Origin: Candidatus Babelota bacterium
GTDB taxonomy: Bacteria; Babelota; Babeliae; Babelales; Chromulinivoraceae
Direction: 5' to 3'
Assembly: GCA_016183005.1 (NCBI GenBank)
Contig: JACPFN010000008.1
Span: forward strand, 11,016 to 75,015
DNA: 64,000 bases
Below, one piece after another: positions 56,527 through 64,000 of the stretch; the first letter of the stretch is position 1; each line of letters opens with the position of its first letter. A model generated the notes under the pieces. It was given only the letters and a program-made list of their open reading frames with translations, ran no database searches and was not told the DNA's origin. Made by a program: the position numbers and the translations under genes.

Positions 56527-57483
56527 TTAATTACCCAAAACGATCATGATTGTTTTTCCATAAACTTCTTGCGGAAATTCTATTTCCTGTAACGCTGTAC
56601 GCGCCGACATATCAAAAACTAAAATTCCGGAACTTTTTACAATATCGATTACATCAGAATTTCCATCTAAAGAAACCTTTATTTTCATTTCACAAGAAAT
56701 ACCTTGATGCAAACCAACGGGCGGATTCCAACTTTGAATTATAGCATGTTGAATTTTAGAACCAATAACACACTCATCAAATTGCTCATATCCAACAAAA
56801 ATAACATTATCCGATACTTTTGTTACTTCTTCTAATGCAGAGGACTTATCGTTTTCTAACTGCTCAGACTTAAAATCTTCTTTTATTATCTGCTGTTGTT
56901 CATTTGCTGTTTTTACTTCTTGCGTAACCTCAATTGGTTCTGTCTGTTTTTGTTCAATAATTTTGATCTTATTTTTTTTCTTTTTTTTATGATGTAAATT
57001 TTTTTTATTTTTTGAACGCAAGGCCTTTTTGCTTGTTATTTTCTTTTTAATATATGTTTTATCAGCTAAAATTGCCGATGATCGTGATCTATTTTTTTTA
57101 AATTTTTCTTTCTCATCTAATTCTTTATTCAGAACAGCATCAGCCTTACTGTTTTTTTTAGAAACTTTTTTAGCATTCTTTTTACTTTGCAAGTACTCTT
57201 CATATCCTACTACTTGAGATTTCTTAGAAAGATCTGAATTAATTATTGAATTTTTCGAACTATTTATATCAACCCTTTTTTGAAGCGGCATCAAAACGTA
57301 TGTGGCACCCGCCTGATGCATTAAAATAGTAAATTTATCATGCTTATATTGTATTTTTGCAATAAGAAATGGAATTACAAAAATAAATATGTGTAATAAA
57401 AAAACGAACAAAAAAATATTTTGCAAAAAAGATCTTCGTTCAGATACTTTGCTATAAAGCACGCTTGGTAGCAAGTGCAACAT
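56527..57483 (-). CDS. TolA/TonB-like energy-transducing protein
   Basis: Single N-terminal TM (IFLFVFLLHIFIFVIPFLI), long Lys-rich linker and small C-terminal globular domain. Located between tolR and tolB. Start taken at ATG 57483 (32-nt overlap with tolR). Confidence 0.65.
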   Translation of the reverse strand: MLHLLPSVLYSKVSERRSFLQNIFLFVFLLHIFIFVIPFLIAKIQYKHDKFTILMHQAGATYVLMPLQKRVDINSSKNSIINSDLSKKSQVVGYEEYLQSKKNAKKVSKKNSKADAVLNKELDEKEKFKKNRSRSSAILADKTYIKKKITSKKALRSKNKKNLHHKKKKKNKIKIIEQKQTEPIEVTQEVKTANEQQQIIKEDFKSEQLENDKSSALEEVTKVSDNVIFVGYEQFDECVIGSKIQHAIIQSWNPPVGLHQGISCEMKIKVSLDGNSDVIDIVKSSGILVFDMSARTALQEIEFPQEVYGKTIMIVLGN

Positions 57484-57883
57484 ATTTGATACCTCCAGCA
57501 ATTTTTATTGTATCGACCAAGTCAATAACGATACCATATGAAACACCTTGATCTGCTTTTACAAATACTATCTCATCACTATCTTTTTTAACCATTTTCT
57601 GAAGAGCTTTTAAAAGATTATTTAAACTATACTCTTGACCATTAAGATAAATTTTTTTCTGTTTATCTATATATACAATGATCTCCTGTTGCGTATTAGT
57701 CTGAGTTACTCCATCATCAATTCTGCTCGATGGAAGCTCTACTTTAATAACATTATTCATCATCGGTGTTGCTACCATAAAAATGATCAATAACGTTAGC
57801 GCAACGTCAACCAAAGGCATAACATTAATTTCTTGCATTTTATGTTCACGATTTTGAAGTCTACGCCCACGAATTCTTCTCAT
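57452..57883 (-). CDS. tolR: biopolymer transport protein ExbD/TolR
   Basis: EINVMPLVDVALTLLIIFMV TM signature followed by the periplasmic domain. 143 aa. Confidence 0.85.
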   Translation of the reverse strand: MRRIRGRRLQNREHKMQEINVMPLVDVALTLLIIFMVATPMMNNVIKVELPSSRIDDGVTQTNTQQEIIVYIDKQKKIYLNGQEYSLNNLLKALQKMVKKDSDEIVFVKADQGVSYGIVIDLVDTIKIAGGIKYVALATKRAL

Positions 57884-57895
57884 GATATATTTCCT

Positions 57896-58624
57896 CTATT
57901 TTTCTTGATGCATAGCATTAAATACAGAAACAGCCGGAGTAATATGTTCTGCTTGATGATGCGATTGTTGTACCATAGAAATACGTGTTAACAGTGAAAC
58001 TTTATCAATAATCAACATTAAGTTATATTCTAAAGTTTTTATTTTAGTTGCAATATACTGAGAAAAGATAAGTGCTGGAATAGCAACAAACAGTCCTGCG
58101 ATCGTTGTAATCAAAGCCTCAGAAATACCTGGTGCAACTGCCACAATATCAGCTGACTGTTTTTCACTAATACGAACAAAGGCATGTATAAGACCCCACA
58201 CAGTACCAAATAATCCTAAAAGAGTCGCTATAGATGCACTAATATTTAAAACTGAAGTATATGATTCTTCATAATACATAGAATCGTCAAGAATAGATTC
58301 TGCCTGAAGCTGCAAAATATCGATACTACCAACATCTTTTGCTTGTTTAGATGCTGCTAAAAGTTGTACCAATACATATCCCGGCAATGTTTTTTTATGC
58401 TCTTGTGCAATAACAACAAGATCTGACAAATTAACAACTGGACGCATTAATTTTAAAATTTCATTACACTCATTTTGTTTAATACGAAGTAAAATTAATT
58501 TATATAAAGCAATAGCCCAACAGGTTATAGACATTCCAAATAAAATAATCATAACCAATTGAGTTATAAAATCACTTTGAACAATCAAATTCCAAATAAC
58601 CGAACCTTGTGTAATATGTTCCAT
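57896..58624 (-). CDS. tolQ: MotA/TolQ/ExbB proton channel protein
   Basis: Three TM helices. Conserved LGLFGTVWGLIHAF and APGISEALITTIAGLFVAIPA. Confidence 0.87.
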   Translation of the reverse strand: MEHITQGSVIWNLIVQSDFITQLVMIILFGMSITCWAIALYKLILLRIKQNECNEILKLMRPVVNLSDLVVIAQEHKKTLPGYVLVQLLAASKQAKDVGSIDILQLQAESILDDSMYYEESYTSVLNISASIATLLGLFGTVWGLIHAFVRISEKQSADIVAVAPGISEALITTIAGLFVAIPALIFSQYIATKIKTLEYNLMLIIDKVSLLTRISMVQQSHHQAEHITPAVSVFNAMHQEK

Positions 58625-58714
58625 ATCCTATCCTTTATTTAATTTTAATTAGTATAAAGTAGTATAGTTAGTATATAACTATTTAACAGATTTACGATAA
58701 GAAAAATTTTTAGT

Positions 58715-59263
58715 ATGAAGAAAATATTTTTTACTATTTTAACTACTTATAGTGTAACAAGCTTATCAATTTACTGTCAAAACAATCTTAATGATGCAAC
58801 TCAATCTATCATAGACAATATTACTCAATTAAAAGAAAAAATAAGACCAGAAAATCACTCTTTTCCTACATATTTAACGCTCAATGATATTGAACAGATT
58901 TTGATAGCGCAACTATTTATAAAAAATTCTACACCTATTCCAAATGCCCAGCGCTCTAAAAATGGATATGAAAAATTAGAATTAATTATAATGTGGCTTG
59001 AAAAAGAAAAAACAGTTGATGATTGGATTAATTATTTCGCTATTCATAATCAAGTACTTTTTGCAATCAAAAATGAACTCAAAGCAGAACAGAATAATTT
59101 ACAAATCTATAATCAACTTAGTCAAAGAATACTCAGCCTATTCAAACAAGCAGTTCAAAAATTCTATAAAGAAAACAAACAGCCCAATGATATGATATCA
59201 TTGGTATATGTTTATCAAGATTATGAACAATTATTTCAAGAAATAATAAATAAATCGCTGTAA
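58715..59263 (+). CDS. hypothetical secreted protein
   Basis: Signal MKKIFFTILTTYSVTSLSIYC. No family recognised. Confidence 0.55.
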   Translation: MKKIFFTILTTYSVTSLSIYCQNNLNDATQSIIDNITQLKEKIRPENHSFPTYLTLNDIEQILIAQLFIKNSTPIPNAQRSKNGYEKLELIIMWLEKEKTVDDWINYFAIHNQVLFAIKNELKAEQNNLQIYNQLSQRILSLFKQAVQKFYKENKQPNDMISLVYVYQDYEQLFQEIINKSL

Positions 59264-59268
59264 GTTTT

Positions 59269-60567
59269 TTATTGTTTTTGCTTAAGAACTAAATCTAATA
59301 ATTGCTGCTTATCAGAAATTGATTTCTCTAGTTGCAAATTATATGCAAACTTAAGTAAATCTCCAAGATCTTTACCCTGTGCATAAGTTAATAAATCTTT
59401 ACCATTTAAAAGCTCAGGAATTGGATAATATAAAACCTTTGCACTTCGAGCTTGATGTATAAACTTTTCGACAATTTCCTGATTATACCAACAAACGGCT
59501 ATGTCGCTAATCTGTTGTAACGTAATCGTATTGTCTAAAAAAGATGCTATTTTTTGATATACAATATCTTTTTCTTCATGTACCGCCAAAGTAATATAGG
59601 GCAAATACCAACTAACAAGAATTATTTTTTCAATCAAATCTTGAGATCCCATGTATCTCTTTAAAAAATCTGAAAGCATTTTATATTGAGCCAAAGAAAT
59701 TTTGTCATACACAGAAACAGAGGTAATCATTAAATTAATATTTTTTTGTACAATAAAAGACCAAAGACCGACTAGCTTTTGTTCATCTGGTAAAACATCT
59801 TGCTGCGCTAAGCAATCAAGACTATCATATAAACTTTGATCAAATGTTACACCAGGAAAAATTTCACTAAGTCTACCGATCGTTTCAAGCCAACGAACTC
59901 CTATAGAAGGATATTGAGATTTTAAAAACAGCTTAGAAAATTCTTGCCAAATACGCTCAGCAGAAATCTGACTAACATCCATTGTTTGACAAACTTTACT
60001 TAAAGTAGGATCAACGTTCATCTGAAAGCGAGCAACAAACTGCATGACTCGAAATAAACGTAATGGATCTTGCACAAAAAATGATAGATCGGGACTTCTT
60101 ATAATTTTATTTTCTAAATCCTGTAACCCATTAAATGGGTCGATTAATTCTAAACTATGAACATCTATCCCCATAGCATTAATCGTAATATCTCTTCTTC
60201 TAAATGCTTGAGTAAAGCTCATGTTCGGATTCAGTTCAACTTCTGGTCTTCTCCCATAACTATCTGTACGCGGAATAGACCAATCAGCATCAATACCATG
60301 TATACGTAAAACTCCAAAAGATTTACCAATAAAACTTACTACGCCAAATTTTTCTAAAATATCTTGAAGCTGCACAAAAGATATATGATACACTTCAAAA
60401 TCTAAATCTGAACTAATGCATCCAAGTAAACAATCACGAACAGCTCCCCCTACAAGCAAAACTCGTCCTCCCTGTTGGTAAATTTCCTCAAAAATATTTT
60501 TTAGTTGTCGATTATTTTGTATAATCTTTACAATACATATTTGAATACGATCCTGAATAGGTTTCAT
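59269..60567 (-). CDS. cca: tRNA nucleotidyltransferase / poly(A) polymerase family protein (CCA-adding type)
   Basis: LLVGGAVRDCLLG..DLDFEV nucleotidyltransferase head and RRDITINAMG motif. Confidence 0.82.
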   Translation of the reverse strand: MKPIQDRIQICIVKIIQNNRQLKNIFEEIYQQGGRVLLVGGAVRDCLLGCISSDLDFEVYHISFVQLQDILEKFGVVSFIGKSFGVLRIHGIDADWSIPRTDSYGRRPEVELNPNMSFTQAFRRRDITINAMGIDVHSLELIDPFNGLQDLENKIIRSPDLSFFVQDPLRLFRVMQFVARFQMNVDPTLSKVCQTMDVSQISAERIWQEFSKLFLKSQYPSIGVRWLETIGRLSEIFPGVTFDQSLYDSLDCLAQQDVLPDEQKLVGLWSFIVQKNINLMITSVSVYDKISLAQYKMLSDFLKRYMGSQDLIEKIILVSWYLPYITLAVHEEKDIVYQKIASFLDNTITLQQISDIAVCWYNQEIVEKFIHQARSAKVLYYPIPELLNGKDLLTYAQGKDLGDLLKFAYNLQLEKSISDKQQLLDLVLKQKQ

Positions 60568-60589
60568 AATTTATAATCCAAGGAACTTT

Positions 60590-61420
60590 ATGCACTTCAA
60601 TTTACTCAGAATAACTCTGATACTTTCTACTATACCTATCCAAACAAAAATTTCTACATTAAAAATACCAACGAAAATATCAAATTTTTTTTCTAAAAGT
60701 AAAGAAAAAATTTTTCACAATGAATTTACTCATATATCCAATATTGAATTAACCAACCTATACGGAAATATATCAGTAGAGACCTGGAAACAACCTTGTA
60801 TCATGATCGAACAACGCAAAAATGGTACTGTAGAATTTATGAAAAATTCAAACATGATAACCAACGTAGATGGACAAACTCTTACAGCGCACAGTCATAT
60901 TCAAAATAACTACAGAGGCAATTTTAATATCCGCATATTACTTCCTGAACATATTTCACTAAAACTAAAAACAGGTCATGGCTGCATTACTATTAACGGT
61001 CACAATGGTCCTATAGATCTAGTAACTAACCATGGCAACATCTCAATAATTAATGGAAATAACACCGTAATAGCACAAACAATGCATGGTGCAATTATGG
61101 TACAAAGAAAGGTTATTAAAGATGATCATTGTCTTAATTTACAATCTGATTATGGAAATATAACTCTTATGATACCACAAGAGTTAGAATCTGAACTTGA
61201 AGCTCATACGGTTAATGGAAAAATTATATCTGATCTTTTTGTAACACTACAAAGTCAAACAGTTCAACTCAATGAACAAACCTTTAAAAATATGAGACAG
61301 CACGTACAAGGATGGATCGGCCAATACCAGTGTAAAGAAAATTCACCTACCATATTGATGAAAACTCATAATGGAATAATTTCCATTTTGCCGTATTCTA
61401 ATAAGAAATTTAAAAAATAA
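60590..61420 (+). CDS. hypothetical protein with DUF4097-like beta-helix repeats
   Basis: Recurrent G(N/C/A)I(S/T)(V/I/L) units: YGNISVE, HGCITING, HGNISIING, HGAIMVQ, YGNITLM, NGKIISD and NGIISIL. Confidence 0.6.
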   Translation: MHFNLLRITLILSTIPIQTKISTLKIPTKISNFFSKSKEKIFHNEFTHISNIELTNLYGNISVETWKQPCIMIEQRKNGTVEFMKNSNMITNVDGQTLTAHSHIQNNYRGNFNIRILLPEHISLKLKTGHGCITINGHNGPIDLVTNHGNISIINGNNTVIAQTMHGAIMVQRKVIKDDHCLNLQSDYGNITLMIPQELESELEAHTVNGKIISDLFVTLQSQTVQLNEQTFKNMRQHVQGWIGQYQCKENSPTILMKTHNGIISILPYSNKKFKK

Positions 61421-61432
61421 AGGACCCATACT

Positions 61433-63181
61433 ATGTATAAAAAATTAAGCTTATATGCAGCTTTACTACATACTTTCCTTATACAAGGCTACAATATTTC
61501 CATTGATCAACAATCAATAAATTCAGACCAAGAACGATTACAAATCAAAATAGATCTTGATCCTACAGAAAAAATTTTAAAACAAACAATACAGGTTTCA
61601 ATTGATAATCCATCAGTAGAATTAACGCAACTTCAATATCAAACTCCAAGTGAGAAAAAATATATTCCAGAATTTGCAGACTCAAAAGAGATTTTTGAAC
61701 ATGAATTAAATTTTTACGCAGAACTTACAAAAAACACAAAACAAAATATTGATGCTCATGTATATATAAGTTTTTTAACATTACCAGATCATTCAATGCA
61801 TCAAAAGATACATAAAATAAAACTCTTATCTGATCTGCATAAAGATGCGGAAAATCTCAATAACTCAAATATTCATCCAGCTGTAGCATCTCAATTACCA
61901 AAATATAGCGAACAAAAATCATTTACCCAAAAACTACAAGATATGATGCAACACAACGATAGCCTTTGGATTCGCTTATTCTTTGCATTTCTACTTGGCC
62001 TTCTGTTAAGTCTAACTCCGTGTATTTATCCAATGATTCCCATCACTATTGGCGTATTACAACATAATCAAAAAGGTAAATCTGTCGTTGGTAATCTTTT
62101 TATATCTCTTTGTTATGCATTTGGTCTTTCAACAACCTTTGCAAGCTTAGGTCTTCTTGCTGCTTTTGCAGGAGCATCATTTGGCGGACTTCTATCTAAC
62201 CCAATATTTGTACTATTTTTAGTTGTTTTTATTGGATATATGTCTTTGACCATGATTGGTATCATTGATTTAACTCTTCCATCATTTTTGCAAAAAAGCG
62301 CTACAACGAATTCTGCTTTCGGTCCCTATATTTCTGCGTATCTGTTTGGTCTTATAAGTGGTAGCGTAGCTTCACCATGCGTTTCTCCCGGTCTTGCACT
62401 ACTTTTAACTATCGTTGCAACAATGGGTAATATTTTTGCAGGTTTCTTGCTTCTCTTTTTCTTTGGTATTGGAATGAGTATTCCTCTTATTATGATAGGA
62501 ACCTTCTCATCATCTATGAACATGATGCCACAAGCAGGACAGTGGATGGTTGAAATCAAAAAAGCACTAGGCTTTATAATGCTTGCAACCTGCTTATATT
62601 ATTTAAATAATATATTGCCTATTAATATATTTAATTGGCTTCTTGTTGCATACTTTACGTTCGCAGCATTATTTTATATCATCGATTCACAAAAAGATTT
62701 CGACAAAAAACAAAAAACCATTAAAAGTTTTATCGGTATTATTCTTCTTGCTATTGCCGTAGTTATGGGACTTCGTGCATATGATCGTATGGGAACTTCA
62801 AAGCATGAATTTTCAGAACAAGGCATTATTTGGGCAGATAGCTATGAAGCTGCACGAGCAAGTGCTCAAGCTGAAAATAAATTACTTTTACTTGATTTCT
62901 GGGCAAATCACTGTACTATCTGCAAAGCTATCGACAAAAAATTATTTCGAAAAGATTCTGTCTACAATGCACTAAAAGATCACTTTATTTTTGTAAAGGT
63001 CGATTGTTCTAGTAATTCAAATCAAGAAGCAAATCATCTTAAAAGTTTATTAAAAGTTTATGCTCAACCAGCAATTCTTGTAATAAATCCAGAAACAAAT
63101 GATATTATCAAAAAATGGTCTTCTGAACCTTACAGTATGACCCCAGATTCATTCGTTGAAATAATGCTAAAAATTAGATAA
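61433..63181 (+). CDS. dsbD: thiol:disulfide interchange protein DsbD-like (TM core plus C-terminal thioredoxin domain)
   Basis: LTPCIYPMIPIT and SPCVSPGL membrane cysteines. C-terminal thioredoxin fold with FWANHCTICK. The N-terminal periplasmic domain has no cysteine. Confidence 0.82.
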   Translation: MYKKLSLYAALLHTFLIQGYNISIDQQSINSDQERLQIKIDLDPTEKILKQTIQVSIDNPSVELTQLQYQTPSEKKYIPEFADSKEIFEHELNFYAELTKNTKQNIDAHVYISFLTLPDHSMHQKIHKIKLLSDLHKDAENLNNSNIHPAVASQLPKYSEQKSFTQKLQDMMQHNDSLWIRLFFAFLLGLLLSLTPCIYPMIPITIGVLQHNQKGKSVVGNLFISLCYAFGLSTTFASLGLLAAFAGASFGGLLSNPIFVLFLVVFIGYMSLTMIGIIDLTLPSFLQKSATTNSAFGPYISAYLFGLISGSVASPCVSPGLALLLTIVATMGNIFAGFLLLFFFGIGMSIPLIMIGTFSSSMNMMPQAGQWMVEIKKALGFIMLATCLYYLNNILPINIFNWLLVAYFTFAALFYIIDSQKDFDKKQKTIKSFIGIILLAIAVVMGLRAYDRMGTSKHEFSEQGIIWADSYEAARASAQAENKLLLLDFWANHCTICKAIDKKLFRKDSVYNALKDHFIFVKVDCSSNSNQEANHLKSLLKVYAQPAILVINPETNDIIKKWSSEPYSMTPDSFVEIMLKIR

Positions 63182-63188
63182 GCAAAAT

Positions 63189-63220
63189 AAAGGGAACGGA
63201 TAAAATCGTTCCCTTTATTT
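63189..63220 (+). terminator. rho-independent terminator downstream of dsbD
   Basis: aaagggaacg / cgttcccttt inverted repeat with an 8-nt loop followed by a T-rich run, 8 nt after the stop. Confidence 0.7.
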
Positions 63221-63384
63221 TTATATACAATTATTTGATAATTTACTTAGTTGATACAGGCCTACAATTGTTAATTGATTTGAAAAAATGTCTTTCATTA
63301 ATTTTTCAATGTACTCTTAATAAAAAGAATAAAGGAAGCACCTTTATAGCACTTCCCTTATAAGTTATATACTTACTAAATCAA

Positions 63385-63729
63385 TTAACAACATTTTTTA
63401 CGATGTTTTATATCATCAACTAAACGTTCCTTTTTACGCTGTAATTCATTTTCTACAGACTTCATCGTCTCATCAATTAAAGGATACATATCGTGTCCTT
63501 CCTTTTTCATAGTAACATCAATAGCTTGGGATTTAACTCTAACCTCTACTGACATAATATGATGATTATGCTTACCCTCTAAAACGACATGAACAAAAAT
63601 AGAATCAGGATCTTGTTGATGCAAATATTTTTTAAACTTCTCAACGTACTTAGTAACATAATTTTCCATTGCGACTGACGACTCAGTCCCTCGAAATATA
63701 ATTTCAATTTTCACTGCAATCCCTTTCAT
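63385..63729 (-). CDS. hpf: ribosome hibernation factor (HPF/RaiA family, short form)
   Basis: IEIIFRGTESSVAMENYVTKYVEKFKKYL....DMYPLIDETMKSVENELQRKKER follows the sigma54-modulation/YfiA family pattern. Confidence 0.75.
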   Translation of the reverse strand: MKGIAVKIEIIFRGTESSVAMENYVTKYVEKFKKYLHQQDPDSIFVHVVLEGKHNHHIMSVEVRVKSQAIDVTMKKEGHDMYPLIDETMKSVENELQRKKERLVDDIKHRKKCC

Positions 63730-63797
63730 ATTTAGGACGATACAATTTTTACTATGAAATTATCATGACGGACTAACAAGCTCAAGCAAAGAATAAA

Positions 63798-64000
63798 TTA
63801 TTGTCCCTTTGTTTTAATGGTCCATAAAACAGGTACGCTTTTAAGATTTTGAGCTTTACGCAAAATATTTTCAAAAAATGCCTTATGATTATCTTCAAAG
63901 ATAACTGCATTTCGAACAATTAACTCAATACGCATAGGAGCATATCCAATCTGTTTTGCTTTATGAACATAAATCTGTGATTGATTTTTAAATAAAGGTT
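63798..64000 (-). CDS. der: C-terminal fragment of a protein resembling GTPase Der (EngA), runs off the right edge
   Basis: Hand translation of the minus strand gives ...YVHKAKQIGYAPMRIELIVRNAVIFEDNHKAFFENILRKAQNLKSVPVLWTIKTKGQ*. It resembles the Der KH-like C-terminus (PP.F.lF.N.......Y.r.leN.lR....f.G.Pi.l). Confidence 0.45.
   Translation of the reverse strand, partial: PLFKNQSQIYVHKAKQIGYAPMRIELIVRNAVIFEDNHKAFFENILRKAQNLKSVPVLWTIKTKGQ

Noticed and set aside
63330-63365. Terminator hairpin downstream of hpf
   Set aside because: Only a 5-bp ggaag/cttcc pairing with mismatches could be drawn. That is too weak to report as a feature.
1-64000. CRISPR arrays, rRNA, insertion sequences and prophage genes
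   Set aside because: I scanned for regularly spaced short direct repeats, rRNA-like conserved blocks, transposase-like ORFs and terminal inverted repeats, and found none. The only sizeable repeats are the paralog array and the small tandem duplication near 54-55 kb.

Overview
Visibly AT-rich, densely coding 64-kb bacterial chromosomal window. All calls come from reading the supplied ORF translations and the raw sequence by eye; no searches were run. I saw no rRNA, CRISPR array, transposase or prophage. About 60 protein genes and one tRNA-Leu(TAG) are supported. Housekeeping genes recognised by motif: rpmF, dprA, gyrA (broken), grpE, ssb, pgsA, mnmA, argS (broken), tsf, frr, tig-like, trxB, rpmH-rnpA-yidD, PIN-PhoH, thrS, a Xer-type recombinase, a beta-CASP MBL RNase, PBP2, rpsT, rpmB, an IMPase, ftsH, tolQ-tolR-tolA-like-tolB, a CCA/poly(A) polymerase family enzyme, dsbD, hpf and a partial der. 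Between them lie many lineage-specific ORFs with Sec-type signal peptides, two ankyrin-repeat proteins, an RRM/RGG protein and low-complexity coiled-coil proteins. This fits a reduced, host-associated diderm bacterium such as an amoeba or protist symbiont or parasite; that lineage guess is inference only. Main second-look items: (1) a tandem array of four paralogous signal-peptide coiled-coil genes (42.0-49.1 kb) with conserved promoter, signal and C-terminal modules, variable cores, a ~1.68-kb near-identical duplication, structure-conserving hairpins and a decaying C-terminal repeat; (2) the essential genes gyrA and argS each lack a conserved internal segment and are out of frame; (3) a signal-peptide protein with a bacterial EndoU-like nuclease motif just downstream of the tol cluster, preceded by a duplicated small secreted gene (one copy a pseudogene) where pal is normally found; (4) a membrane-anchored sigma54-activator-like regulator with a degenerate AAA+ core; (5) an adenylate-kinase paralog with a signal peptide; (6) two secreted proteins built from 8-residue L(S/T)PEQ-type repeats.
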